Source: an uncultured Acidiphilium sp.
Lineage (GTDB): Bacteria; Bacillota; Clostridia; Christensenellales; Borkfalkiaceae
NCBI GenBank assembly: GCA_964532155.1
Contig: CAZHGN010000001.1
Location: forward strand, 20,825 to 84,824
Reading direction: 5' to 3'
Length of the DNA: 64,000 nucleotides
How positions within the stretch are numbered: position 1 is the first letter of the stretch; each line of letters starts with the position of its first letter. The position numbers and the translations under genes were made by a program. The notes under the pieces were generated by a model, which did not search any database, was not told the DNA's origin, and saw only the letters and a list, made by a program, of their open reading frames with translations. Positions 35,448-45,525 of the stretch are shown here, in pieces.

Positions 35448-37415
35448 TTACCGTTTTACAAGTTTAAGCACCTGCTTGCAAACGTTTTCTGGCGTAAAGC
35501 CGTAATCTTCAAAAAGAATTTCGGCTTTTGCCGATTCACCGAATTTATCGATTCCGATAACCGTTCCTTTTTCGCCGATAAATTGATACCACGGAAGAGA
35601 TGACGCGGCTTCGACGCATACGCGAGCAATTCCTTCGGGTAAGACGGTGTTCTTATATTCCTCCGATTGTCTTTGGAAAATTTCTATCGAGGGCATAGAA
35701 ACTACGTTTGCCGAAACGGCATGTTGCTCAGCCAAAAGCTTTTGTGCTTGCAAGCAAACGTTGAGTTCGGAGCCGTTTGAAACGATTAAGCAGTCGGCTG
35801 TTTCCTTTGCGCCCTTAGAAATCACGTAGCCGCCTTTAATAGCTTGACCGTCAAGGCTTGTGCATTGCGGTAAATTCTGTCTTGTTAAAACGATTGCGGT
35901 AGGTCCGTCGAAGTTTAATGCCGAAATAAAGGCGTAAATCGTTTCGTTTCCGTCGGCAGGGCGTATTACGTTGAGGCCGGGGATTGTTCTGAGTGCCGCA
36001 AGCTGTTCAATCGGTTGGTGCGTAGGACCGTCCTCGCCAACGCCGATGCTGTCGTGCGTGAAAATGTATATAACGCGAAGTTTCATAAGTGCCGATAGCC
36101 GAATCGCGTTTTTCATATAATCGCTGAAAACGAAAAATGTCGAGCAGTAGGGCAATAGTCCCCCGTGTGCGGCAATACCGTTGCAAATCGCCGACATTGC
36201 GTGTTCGCGTATTCCAAAGTGAACGTTCGAGCCCTCGGGCGTTTTTGCCGAGAAATATTCGCGGTTTTTCATTATCGTCTTATTTGACGGACCGAGGTCT
36301 GCGCTTCCTCCGAATAAAGAAGGAATGCGGTCGGCAAGGACGTTTAAAACGGTGCTTCCGGTGCTACGCGTCGCTTCGGGTTTGTTGAAACCGAAAAGGG
36401 TTTGAACGTCGTCGATTTTATAAACTCCGTTTACGGAATCGGCAAAGCGTGCGGCAAGATCGGGGTATTCTTTAGCATAATTTGTGAAAAGATCATTCCA
36501 TTTTTTCTCGATTTTTTTGCCTCTTGCCAAATATTTGCGCTTAAGGGCGGTTGCCTCGTCCGGAAGTTCAAACGGCGGGTAATTCCAGCCAAGTTCTTTG
36601 CGCAAGAGCGCGATATTTTCACTGCCTAAGGGGCTACCGTGAACTTTTGCGCTCCCTTGAAGGGGAGAGCCATAGCCAATGACGGTGTGGCAAATGATAA
36701 GTGTGGGCTTGTTTTGCTTTTTCGCCTTAGAAATCGCTCGGCCGATAGCGGTAAGGTCATTGCCGTCCTTGACGTCAATAACGTTCCAGCCTTGTGCTTT
36801 ATGTCTCGCTCCAACGTCTTCGGTAAAAGCAAGCGAAGTGCTGCCTTCGATGGTTATATCGTTTTTATCGTAAAGAACGATAAGTTTGGATAATTCGAGC
36901 GTGCCCGCAAGCGAAGCCGCCTCGTATTCGATGCCTTCCTGCATACAGCCGTCGCCGCAAAGCGCGTAAACGTAGTGGTCGACGACGTCGTATCCCGGAC
37001 GGTTATAGCATGCGGCAAGATGTTTTTCGGCGATAGCCATACCTACGGCGTTTGCTATGCCTTGACCTAACGGACCGGTTGTTATTTCCACGCCGGGCGC
37101 AACGCCGTACTCGGGGTGTCCGCTCGTAATGCTTCCCTTTTGCCTAAAATTCTTTAAATCGTCAACGGAAAGGTCGTAACCGAAAAGATGAAGAATTGAA
37201 TAAAGCATTGCAGAACCGTGCCCTGCGGACAAAACGAACCTGTCGCGGTTAAAAAAGCTCGGGTTTGCCGGATTAAAGTTCAAATAATCCAAATAAAGTT
37301 CGCAAGCGATAGGTGCTGCTCCGAGCGGCAAGCCCGGGTGCCCGGAATTTGCCTTTTCAATTGCGTCCACAGAGAGCATTCGCACTGCGTTTACGATTAA
37401 GTTCTTGTCGGTCAT
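35448..37415 (-). CDS. tkt: Transketolase
   Basis: ATG at 37415 with a GGAG RBS. Motifs are SGHPG, GDGCMQEG and THDSIGVGEDGPTHQP. The ORF-track start at 37466 adds 17 unlikely residues. Confidence 0.95.
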   Translation of the reverse strand: MTDKNLIVNAVRMLSVDAIEKANSGHPGLPLGAAPIACELYLDYLNFNPANPSFFNRDRFVLSAGHGSAMLYSILHLFGYDLSVDDLKNFRQKGSITSGHPEYGVAPGVEITTGPLGQGIANAVGMAIAEKHLAACYNRPGYDVVDHYVYALCGDGCMQEGIEYEAASLAGTLELSKLIVLYDKNDITIEGSTSLAFTEDVGARHKAQGWNVIDVKDGNDLTAIGRAISKAKKQNKPTLIICHTVIGYGSPLQGSAKVHGSPLGSENIALLRKELGWNYPPFELPDEATALKRKYLARGKKIEKKWNDLFTNYAKEYPDLAARFADSVNGVYKIDDVQTLFGFNKPEATRSTGSTVLNVLADRIPSLFGGSADLGPSNKTIMKNREYFSAKTPEGSNVHFGIREHAMSAICNGIAAHGGLLPYCSTFFVFSDYMKNAIRLSALMKLRVIYIFTHDSIGVGEDGPTHQPIEQLAALRTIPGLNVIRPADGNETIYAFISALNFDGPTAIVLTRQNLPQCTSLDGQAIKGGYVISKGAKETADCLIVSNGSELNVCLQAQKLLAEQHAVSANVVSMPSIEIFQRQSEEYKNTVLPEGIARVCVEAASSLPWYQFIGEKGTVIGIDKFGESAKAEILFEDYGFTPENVCKQVLKLVKR

Positions 37416-37437
37416 AGCATATCTCCGTTTTTTTTTA

Positions 37438-37466
37438 AGTATAACATACGGCGTTTTTATTTGCAA
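37438..37466 (-). promoter_or_regulatory. Candidate sigma-A promoter for tkt
   Basis: On the minus strand: TTGCAA (37466-37461), a 17-nt spacer, then TATACT (37443-37438). Confidence 0.45.
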
Positions 37467-37658
37467 GCGGCATAAAGCCGCATTTTGTTATTTAGTAAGT
37501 AGGTTTTTATAACTAAGTTTTCGTGTTTTGTCTTTAATGATGTTTAATCGTGTACAGATTGTGGATAATAGTATTTTTCATTCACACTTTTTTTGCGTTT
37601 TTGGGTTAGTGGTTGCTTTAAAGTGGAAGTTTAAAATCCTAACCGCGTTAATAATTGC

Positions 37659-37687
37659 TTTACAAAAAAGATTTTTGAGTATATAAT
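37659..37687 (+). promoter_or_regulatory. Candidate sigma-A promoter for proS
   Basis: TTTACA (37659-37664), a 17-nt spacer, then TATAAT (37682-37687). It lies ~35 nt upstream of the proS ATG. Confidence 0.5.
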
Positions 37688-37721
37688 ATGAAATACATTT
37701 ATGTTTAATAGAGGTTACGCT

Positions 37722-39161
37722 ATGGCTGGCAACGACAACACTAAAAAATTCGTTAAAGAAATAACCGACATGCACGAAAATTTTCCGCAGTGGTTTACCG
37801 ACGTGGTTTTAAAAACCGAACTCGTCGATTACGGTCCCGTCAAGGGCACAATGGTTATTCGTCCTTACGGTTACGCTATTTGGGAAAATATACAGAGAGA
37901 GCTTAACGCTCGTTTTGCGGCTTGCGGTGTGGAAAACGCTTATTTTCCTATGTTTATTCCCGAAAGCTATCTTAAAAAGGAAGCAGAGCACGTCGAGGGC
38001 TTCGCACCCGAGGTTGCGGTAGTTACGTATGCCGGCGGTCAAGATTTGCAAGAAAAGCTCGTCGTAAGACCCACGAGTGAAACTATAATCTGTAATATGT
38101 TTGCAAAGTGGATGCAAAGTTACAGGGATTTGCCTATAAAAATGAATCAGTGGTGCAACGTCGTCAGATGGGAAAAGACCACTCGTCCCTTCCTCCGTAC
38201 GAGCGAATTTTTGTGGCAAGAAGGGCATACCGCGCACGAAACCGAAGAAGAAGCGCGCGAGATGACTATGCATATGCTCGACGTATATAAAGAATTTGCC
38301 GAGAATTGTCTTGCAATTCCCGTACTTTGCGGGCGAAAAACCGACAAGGAAAAATTTGCGGGCGCGCTCGAAACGTACGGAATGGAAGCGATGATGCTTG
38401 ACGGAAAGAGCTTGCAAGCCGGTACGTCACATTATTTAGGTCAAAATTTCGCTAAAGCCTTCGATATGAAATATCTTTCTAAGGAAGGCGTTCTAAAGCA
38501 TCCTTATTCCACATCTTGGGGGGTATCGACAAGACTTATCGGTGCAATAATCATGGCACACGGCGACGAGCGCGGTTTGGTTTTGCCGCCTGTCGTTGCA
38601 CCCGTACAGCTCGTCGTTGTTCCCGTTGCCGCGCATAAGCCCGGCGTTACCGAAAAATCCGAGGAAATTACTCAAACGATAAGCAAACTCGGCGTAAGGG
38701 TTAAGCTCGATTCGCGCGATATGAGTCCCGGTTGGAAGTTTAACGAATGGGAAATGAAGGGTGTTCCCTTGAGGATCGAAATCGGTCCTCGCGATATCGA
38801 AAACGGTCAGTGCGTACTCGTTCGTCGCGATACAAACGAAAAAACCGTTTTATCGCTTAGCGACCTTGACCGCATTCCTTCTCTTCTTGCCGAAATCCAA
38901 ACAAACATGCTCGAAAAATCGAGAAAAAATCGCGATATGCGCATTGAGGATGCAAATTCTCTCGATGATATACGCCGCATTTGTGACGAAGGTAAATTCG
39001 TACGCAGTTATTGGTGCGGTGAGCGTGAGTGCGAGGATAAAGTCAAGGAATACGCTCAGGCTACTTCGAGGGTTATAATCGAGGAAGAGTGCGAAGGCGA
39101 GGTTTGCCCGATATGCGGAAAACCCGCCAAAAAGAGATTGTATTTTGCGCGCGCGTATTAA
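37722..39161 (+). CDS. proS: Proline--tRNA ligase (archaeal/eukaryote-like type without the bacterial insertion editing domain)
   Basis: About 480 aa. FLRTSEFLWQEGHT and other class II motifs are present. The C-terminal Zn-binding-like segment is CEGEVCPICG. The ATG at 37722 gives MAGNDN.... Confidence 0.93.
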   Translation: MAGNDNTKKFVKEITDMHENFPQWFTDVVLKTELVDYGPVKGTMVIRPYGYAIWENIQRELNARFAACGVENAYFPMFIPESYLKKEAEHVEGFAPEVAVVTYAGGQDLQEKLVVRPTSETIICNMFAKWMQSYRDLPIKMNQWCNVVRWEKTTRPFLRTSEFLWQEGHTAHETEEEAREMTMHMLDVYKEFAENCLAIPVLCGRKTDKEKFAGALETYGMEAMMLDGKSLQAGTSHYLGQNFAKAFDMKYLSKEGVLKHPYSTSWGVSTRLIGAIIMAHGDERGLVLPPVVAPVQLVVVPVAAHKPGVTEKSEEITQTISKLGVRVKLDSRDMSPGWKFNEWEMKGVPLRIEIGPRDIENGQCVLVRRDTNEKTVLSLSDLDRIPSLLAEIQTNMLEKSRKNRDMRIEDANSLDDIRRICDEGKFVRSYWCGERECEDKVKEYAQATSRVIIEEECEGEVCPICGKPAKKRLYFARAY

Positions 39162-39245
39162 GCGTTGAACTAAACGGCGGCGCAATAATAAGGAAAGGGG
39201 TTAGGTCGATTTTGCCGAATTATTATAATTCGGAGAGCAATAATA

Positions 39246-39995
39246 ATGGAAAATCCGTCATTAATTTCAATTATAGCTGAATATTTACGCGGCATGTACG
39301 AGATGCTTATGCTTACCGGCGGCATGACTGACGATCAAGCGATAAGGGCGATAGCGGCTTCGCTAATCGTTTCGGCGAGCGTATATCTTCTTTTTTATGC
39401 ATTTAGAGCGGTGGGCATATGCATTATGGCTAAGCGCAAAGGTATAAAAAAATGGTGGCTCGGAGCGTTGCCGTACTTTAATTATCATGTATTAGGCGAA
39501 CTTGCAGGACCTGTTCGCATGATGGGCTTTACAGCAAAGAACATAGGTACTTTTGCGGCTATATTTCTATTCGGCGAGCATTTTCTCGTAGGATTGCAGT
39601 TGGTTGCGGGCGTTGTGTATTATTTCATGCCGTCTGCAGCAATGTTTAATCTTATAACCTATCATCTTTACACCTATCTTAGTTCGATTCTCAACCTTGT
39701 ATACCTGTGCGCATTCGTATCGTTGTGCCTTGCTTTTTTTGGCAAGTATGCTCCCAATAAGCGTATGTTATTTTCTTTTCTAAGTCTTATTCAGCCGGTA
39801 TACTCCGTTTTGCTTTTCGTTTTGCGCAAAAGAACGCCGTATGCAAGTTACGACGAATATTATAAGCGCAAAATGGCTGAGCGGTTCGGTCAATCGTACG
39901 ATCCGTTTACTAATCCTTACGAAACACGAAGTAATCCTTTTTTGCATGAGCACGAGGACGAAAAAAAAGACGAAAATCCTTTTGACGAGTATTAG
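39246..39995 (+). CDS. Membrane protein, DUF5684-like N-terminal region, with a [DN]P[FY]-repeat acidic tail
   Basis: FRAVGICIMAKRKGIKKWWLGALPYFNYHVLGELAG resembles the DUF5684 core pattern (K-x-G-x-x-x-W-x-x-x-I/L-P-x-x-N). About 5 TM helices are predicted. Confidence 0.4.
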   Translation: MENPSLISIIAEYLRGMYEMLMLTGGMTDDQAIRAIAASLIVSASVYLLFYAFRAVGICIMAKRKGIKKWWLGALPYFNYHVLGELAGPVRMMGFTAKNIGTFAAIFLFGEHFLVGLQLVAGVVYYFMPSAAMFNLITYHLYTYLSSILNLVYLCAFVSLCLAFFGKYAPNKRMLFSFLSLIQPVYSVLLFVLRKRTPYASYDEYYKRKMAERFGQSYDPFTNPYETRSNPFLHEHEDEKKDENPFDEY

Positions 39996-40004
39996 GAGCT
40001 TGAT

Positions 40005-41330
40005 ATGGAGTGTATTTCCGCTATTTCAACCGCACCGGGAACGGGCGGCGTTGCAATAATTCGTATAAGCGGAGAAGACGCTTTATCCGTTGCGAAAAAA
40101 ATGTTTAGACCGTACGGCGCGACTGCCGTGGACGATTTTCAGCCGTATAGAATGTACGTCGGCGAGATTGACGCTCGCGAGTTTACCGACAAGGGGATGT
40201 GCGTGTTTTTCAAGGCGCCGAAAAGTTTTACGGGCGAAAACGTCGTCGAACTGCATTGTCACGGCGGCGAAGCGATTGCGCACGGAATTTTGGAGCGTAC
40301 TTTTGAATGCGGAGCGCGCCCCGCTACCAACGGCGAATTTACTAAAAGGGCTTTTTTAAACGGTAAACTTTCACTTTCCTCTTGCGAAGGATTAATCGAC
40401 ATGATTAACAGCGAGAGCGTTGCTCAAATAAAGTCCGGATTTTATCTTTTTAAAGAAAAATTAAAGGCTCGTATAGAATCAGTTCAAGATATTTTGACCG
40501 ACGTGCTTGCCGGGATCGACGCCAATATCGATTATCCCGAAGAGGGATTAATAACTGACGACGGCGAAGAAATTAAAGTTAAACTTATTAGCGCCGCCGC
40601 TGAACTTAAAAAACTTATTTCGTCTTATTCGTCGGGTAAAGTAATCGTCGGTGGAGTTAAAGTTGCGCTTGTGGGAAAGACTAATACCGGCAAAAGTTCT
40701 TTGCTTAACGCACTGACAGGCGAGCAGAGGGCAATCGTTACCGACGTCGCGGGAACTACAAGGGACGTCGTAGAAGGCGTTTTATTTATAAAGGGCGTAA
40801 AATTTTCGATTTACGATACCGCGGGCATACGAGAAACAAACGATCCGGTGGAACTTCTCGGAATAGAGAGATCCAAGGCGCTAATTGACGGCGCCGATTT
40901 GTTGCTTTACGTTACCGACGGCACGGAAAATACAGTCGACGTCGAGCGGTTTATATCCGAAATTAACGATAAAAAATATTTGCTCGTTAGAAATAAAACG
41001 GATATCTGTGATTCAAACGACGATAGATTTTTTCCGATATCTTGCTTAAGCGGATATAATCTTGACGAGTTAAAAGAAGAAATATATAGACTCGGAGCGG
41101 GCGGCGTTAGAACTGACGGCGAATACGTGACCGAGAAAAGACATTATTACGCTTTATGCGACGGACTAAAATGCTTAGAGAACGCCATACGTTCGATAGG
41201 TTTCGAACCGATAGAATTAATTGCTTACGACATTAAGGCGTGTTGGGAGCACTTAGGCGAAATCACAGGAACGACCGCAAGCGAAAAAATAATCGACGAG
41301 ATATTTGCCAAGTTTTGCGTAGGCAAATAA
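40005..41330 (+). CDS. mnmE: tRNA modification GTPase MnmE
   Basis: G-domain motifs are GKTNTGKSSLLNAL and DTAGIR. The C-terminal FCVGK is the conserved CxGK motif. Confidence 0.93.
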   Translation: MECISAISTAPGTGGVAIIRISGEDALSVAKKMFRPYGATAVDDFQPYRMYVGEIDAREFTDKGMCVFFKAPKSFTGENVVELHCHGGEAIAHGILERTFECGARPATNGEFTKRAFLNGKLSLSSCEGLIDMINSESVAQIKSGFYLFKEKLKARIESVQDILTDVLAGIDANIDYPEEGLITDDGEEIKVKLISAAAELKKLISSYSSGKVIVGGVKVALVGKTNTGKSSLLNALTGEQRAIVTDVAGTTRDVVEGVLFIKGVKFSIYDTAGIRETNDPVELLGIERSKALIDGADLLLYVTDGTENTVDVERFISEINDKKYLLVRNKTDICDSNDDRFFPISCLSGYNLDELKEEIYRLGAGGVRTDGEYVTEKRHYYALCDGLKCLENAIRSIGFEPIELIAYDIKACWEHLGEITGTTASEKIIDEIFAKFCVGK

Positions 41331-41346
41331 AAAAGCGGAGGCGCTT

Positions 41347-42594
41347 ATGTCTGAAATTATAGAAATATCGATTGAAGATAGGGGCGGCGAGCTTATTATA
41401 GATAGACTGACCGAATGCGGCTACGAGGCGTATTTTGTCGGCGGCTGTATAAGGAATACCATATTGTGTGTTCCGATAAGCGATTACGATATTACGACGT
41501 CCGCGCCGCCTGACGAGGTTAAAAAAATTTTTTCGGATTCATACGTTCTCGATACAGGTCTTAAACACGGCACCGTTTCGGTGTATTCGTGCGGCTCCTT
41601 TTACGAGATAACTACCTTTAGGTACGACGGAAAATATTCGGATAACAGACATCCCGATAACGTTCTTTTTTGTTCAGACCTTTGTGAGGATTTAAAGCGC
41701 CGCGATTTTACTTGTAATGCCATGGCTTTTTCTAAAAAGCAAGGTTTAATCGATAATTTTAACGGATATTACGATACGCGTAATCGTTTGATTCGTGCCG
41801 TTGGGGAGCCGGTGCTTAGGTTTAAGGAAGACTCTTTGCGCATATTAAGAGGGCTCCGGTTTTGCTCTGAATTCGGCTTTGACTGCGAAAAGAAAACCGC
41901 CGAGGCAATGAAGACTTGCCGCTTGCTTATAAGCGGTTTGTCTAAGGAAAGAATATATTCCGAACTTTTGAAGATTTTTGCCGGGAAATATCTTTATAAG
42001 TCCGTTTCGGGTTTTGCCGACGTTTTATCGGTCGCTTTAAACGTCGAATGTTTAAGCGGTGATTTGTATGATAGAGCGTTAAGGCTTGCCGATCGTGTGG
42101 AAGCATCCGCTAAGGTTCGTTTTGCGGCTTTTATGTATATTTATCTTAATAAAAACGTTACCGCTTTAAACGATATGCTTTGCGGTTTGAAGGTCGACAG
42201 ATATTTTTATACTCTGTGCAGAACGCTTTTCGAGCAGGCTGCCGTTTTCGAAAATACTTGTACGATCGAACGCTATACGGCAAAAAAGTTTTTAAGCAAT
42301 CTCGGTGAGTTTAAAGGTGGTTTTCTTGCTTTTTTAGCGGCGTTTACGGCCGAAAGTGCGGAAATGACGGACAAATGTTTAAAATTAACGAACTTTATTC
42401 GTTCAATCGAAGATAACGGCGAATGTTATAAAATATCGACGCTTGCGGCTGACGGGAACGATATGCGCGCCGAAGGTTTGTCGGGTAAAAAAATTGGAGT
42501 AATGCTTTCGCTTGTATTAGAAGAAGTTATGAGAGGCACTCTCGATAACGATAAAGACGATATTTTATCATTCGTGCGTTCACATAAGGATTAA
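41347..42594 (+). CDS. cca: CCA-adding tRNA nucleotidyltransferase (PolyA polymerase head-domain family)
   Basis: Head-domain motifs are GGCIRNTIL...DYDITT, RRDFTCNAMA and LRFKEDSLRILRGLRF. Confidence 0.85.
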   Translation: MSEIIEISIEDRGGELIIDRLTECGYEAYFVGGCIRNTILCVPISDYDITTSAPPDEVKKIFSDSYVLDTGLKHGTVSVYSCGSFYEITTFRYDGKYSDNRHPDNVLFCSDLCEDLKRRDFTCNAMAFSKKQGLIDNFNGYYDTRNRLIRAVGEPVLRFKEDSLRILRGLRFCSEFGFDCEKKTAEAMKTCRLLISGLSKERIYSELLKIFAGKYLYKSVSGFADVLSVALNVECLSGDLYDRALRLADRVEASAKVRFAAFMYIYLNKNVTALNDMLCGLKVDRYFYTLCRTLFEQAAVFENTCTIERYTAKKFLSNLGEFKGGFLAFLAAFTAESAEMTDKCLKLTNFIRSIEDNGECYKISTLAADGNDMRAEGLSGKKIGVMLSLVLEEVMRGTLDNDKDDILSFVRSHKD

Positions 42595-42599
42595 TTCTG

Positions 42600-43310
42600 A
42601 TGGAAAATATAAAAAGAAGACTAATTGCGATAGGGGGCGGTTCGCTTGCCGAAAAGGCTACGCTCGATATCGACCGTTACGTTGCCTCGCTTGCAAAAGA
42701 GCGTGCCGGGGATAGGCGTGCGATTGGCGTTTTTATAGGGACTGCAAGCCACGATAGCATGCCCTATTTCAATTCGTTCAGAAAAACTTATACCGGCGAA
42801 TTTAATATAAAAGCCGACTGTGTTTTAACCGTTTACGGCGAAATGAACGACGAAAAGATACGCGGTAAATTTCAAAAAGCCGATATGATTTATATTGGCG
42901 GCGGCGACACCTTGTTTATGTTAGAACATTGGAAGAGAAGCGGCGTTTACGATCTCGTGCTCGACGCTTACAACCGAGGCGTTGTTATTTGCGGATTATC
43001 GGCAGGCGCTATTTGCTGGTTTAAGCGTATGTATACCGATTCGGATGAGTTCAACGACGGAGGTAAATATCATTTAGCCGACGGAATCGGAAAAATTGAC
43101 GGCTTGTGCTGTCCTCATTACGAAGAAAGGGTAACGGATTTTGCCGAAGCGATGAAAAATTATAGGGGAACGGTTTGGCAAATCGAGGGAAACGCCGCAT
43201 TGGAGTTTATTAACGAAGAATATACCGGCGCAATTTCGTCGGGCGGTAACGCTTACAAAACCGTAGTATTTGAAAACGGCGAAAGCAAAACCGAAAAATT
43301 AACAAATTAA
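42600..43310 (+). CDS. Peptidase S51 family (dipeptidase E/cyanophycinase-like)
   Basis: IYIGGGDTLFML and the nucleophile elbow GLSAGAICW. Confidence 0.7.
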   Translation: MENIKRRLIAIGGGSLAEKATLDIDRYVASLAKERAGDRRAIGVFIGTASHDSMPYFNSFRKTYTGEFNIKADCVLTVYGEMNDEKIRGKFQKADMIYIGGGDTLFMLEHWKRSGVYDLVLDAYNRGVVICGLSAGAICWFKRMYTDSDEFNDGGKYHLADGIGKIDGLCCPHYEERVTDFAEAMKNYRGTVWQIEGNAALEFINEEYTGAISSGGNAYKTVVFENGESKTEKLTN

Positions 43311-43350
43311 TCGTAATTTTATAGATTAACTCTTATAGGAGGAAAACGGA

Positions 43351-44025
43351 ATGCAACAAAAAATACTGATCGTCGACGATGAAGAAAAGATAATCGAGGT
43401 TCTTCGCGAGTATGCCGAATTCGAGGGCTATGACGTGGATTGTGCTTTTAACGGAATGGAAGCGGTGCAAAAATGCCTTGACAATAAGTACGATATCGTG
43501 ATTATGGACGTTATGATGCCGAAGTTGGACGGCTTTTCGGCTGTAAAAGAAATAAGAAAAACAAGCGAAGTTCCCGTTATCATGCTGTCGGCAAGGGGTG
43601 AGGAGTACGATAAACTTTTCGGTTTCGAACTCGGAGTCGACGATTACGTCGTAAAGCCTTTTTCACCCAAAGAAGTTATGGCGCGCGTTGGTGCGGTATT
43701 AAAGCGCCGTTACGCCGCCCAGCACAAAAGCGGTTCGCTTTATAAATTCGAGGGCTTGGAAATTAATATAGAGGCTCGTACGGTATACGTTGACGGCGTA
43801 AAAGCAGAACTAACGCCTAAGGAATACGAATTGCTATTCTACATGGTCAAAAACAAGGGCAAGGCATTGTCTCGTCAAACTCTTTTAAAGGACGTTTGGG
43901 CGTTTGAGTTCGTCGGCGAGGATCGCACGATCGATACTCATATTAAAATGCTCAGAGGCAATCTTAAGCAATACAGAAAATTCATAATAACTTTACGCGG
44001 TCACGGCTATAAATTCGAAGCTTAA
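43351..44025 (+). CDS. OmpR/PhoB-family response regulator
   Basis: The receiver is ILIVDDEE and DIVIMDVMMP with KPF. The C-terminal winged helix is LTPKEYELL...RTIDTHIKMLR. Confidence 0.92.
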   Translation: MQQKILIVDDEEKIIEVLREYAEFEGYDVDCAFNGMEAVQKCLDNKYDIVIMDVMMPKLDGFSAVKEIRKTSEVPVIMLSARGEEYDKLFGFELGVDDYVVKPFSPKEVMARVGAVLKRRYAAQHKSGSLYKFEGLEINIEARTVYVDGVKAELTPKEYELLFYMVKNKGKALSRQTLLKDVWAFEFVGEDRTIDTHIKMLRGNLKQYRKFIITLRGHGYKFEA

Positions 44026-44037
44026 CGGAGTAGTTTA

Positions 44038-45525
44038 ATGAAATTCGGGAACATGCGTAGGATGAGGTATTTCATATGGTTATACTTCATCGTGTATACA
44101 ATCATTATAATACTTTCGCTGTGGGTTTTTCAAATAGTCTTTCTCGATAGCTTTTATCTGCGTATACGGTACGATAATTTGAAAAAAACGGGCACCGAAA
44201 TGGCGAAAGCGATGAATTGCGGATCGGTGGAGCTTACCAACGACAAAGTCGACGAATGGATTACTGCTACGGTAGACGCCAATTCTTCGGGAATATATAC
44301 TTATCTCGTATATGACGACGATAAGGGACAAAGGATAGTAGAATCGCCATACTCGTATTTTTTGCCTTCCAATACTTCGCCTACGATGAACGGTCCCGAT
44401 TACGTTAAAAATTCTTCGTTATTCGACGACGTAATCAAGGCGTTAAACTCGGGAACGGAACTGACAGACGGTTATTTATGTAAATATTTTACCGATGAAG
44501 CGACGAATACGCAATTTTGTATTTATGCTTCTAACGTTACAAACAACTTGGGTCAATTTTGCTTGTTCTTGATTTCGGATAAAGAATCGCTAAATGAAAC
44601 GATGTCCGTTATTCAATATCAGCTTATTATCGTAACCGGTCTTGTAGTGGTGCTGTCTTTTTTCCTCGCATGGGCGATGGCAACGAAACTGTCGGATCCT
44701 ATAAAGCGAATGTCGGATACGGCTAAAAAATGGGCTGAAAGCGACAACGACGTCGTGTTTAGGGGGGAAAGTTACGAAGAGCTTAACGAGCTTGCCGACG
44801 CACTCAACTATGCTAAAGAGGGCGTTTCCAAGGCGGGAAATATGCAACGCGACCTTTTGGCAAACGTTTCGCACGACTTAAAAACACCGCTTACAATGAT
44901 AAAGGCTTATGCCGAAATGATACGTGATATATCGGGGGACAATAAACAAAAACGCGATTCGCACACCGAGGTTATTATTGAGGAAGCGGATAGGCTTACG
45001 ATGCTTGTAAACGACCTTCTCGATTTGTCCAAGCTTCAAAATAATTCGGACGTCGTCGAGTTGGCTCAAGTAGATTTATCCGAACTTGTCGAAAGGGTAG
45101 TATACCGTTTTAACGACTTTATTTCGGCAAAAGGCTACGTTATCGAAAAGCAGATCGAGCCCGAATGTTTTACCGAATGCGACGAGCGAAAGATCGAACA
45201 AGTCGTCTATAACTTGATCGGCAATTCGATTAACTATACCGGAGAAGATAAGACCGTTAAGGTGTTCCTATCCAAAAAGGACGACGACGTTATTTTGCTT
45301 GAAATCATAGATAGCGGAAAGGGTATTTCTTCCGATCAAATAGATACAATTTGGGAAAAATATTACAGATTTTCCGAAACGCACCAAAGGCCGGTTAAGG
45401 GTACCGGACTCGGGTTGTCTATAGTTAAAACCATACTCGAAAATCACAAACTTCGCTTCGGCGTAATTTCTAAAAAGGGCTACGGTAGTAATTTCTTCGT
45501 GGAGTTCAAGGGAGATAAGGAATGA
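44038..45525 (+). CDS. Sensor histidine kinase (two TM helices flanking a ~150-aa extracytoplasmic loop; HAMP; HisKA; HATPase)
   Basis: H-box is NVSHDLKTPLT, N-box is NLIGNSINYT, G1 is DSGKGI and G2 is GTGLGLSI. Confidence 0.92.
   Translation: MKFGNMRRMRYFIWLYFIVYTIIIILSLWVFQIVFLDSFYLRIRYDNLKKTGTEMAKAMNCGSVELTNDKVDEWITATVDANSSGIYTYLVYDDDKGQRIVESPYSYFLPSNTSPTMNGPDYVKNSSLFDDVIKALNSGTELTDGYLCKYFTDEATNTQFCIYASNVTNNLGQFCLFLISDKESLNETMSVIQYQLIIVTGLVVVLSFFLAWAMATKLSDPIKRMSDTAKKWAESDNDVVFRGESYEELNELADALNYAKEGVSKAGNMQRDLLANVSHDLKTPLTMIKAYAEMIRDISGDNKQKRDSHTEVIIEEADRLTMLVNDLLDLSKLQNNSDVVELAQVDLSELVERVVYRFNDFISAKGYVIEKQIEPECFTECDERKIEQVVYNLIGNSINYTGEDKTVKVFLSKKDDDVILLEIIDSGKGISSDQIDTIWEKYYRFSETHQRPVKGTGLGLSIVKTILENHKLRFGVISKKGYGSNFFVEFKGDKE

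Noticed and set aside
35397-35603. 68-aa plus-strand ORF at the 3' end of tkt
   Set aside because: It is antisense to the conserved transketolase C-terminus and spans the tkt terminator hairpin. It has no RBS.
37467-37721. T-box or other riboswitch leader upstream of proS (and upstream of hisS at 18125-18144)
   Set aside because: A good promoter lies only ~35 nt before the proS ATG. No specifier or T-box (AGGGTGGNACCGCG-like) sequence is present. hisS follows hslU by 20 nt, with no room for a leader.
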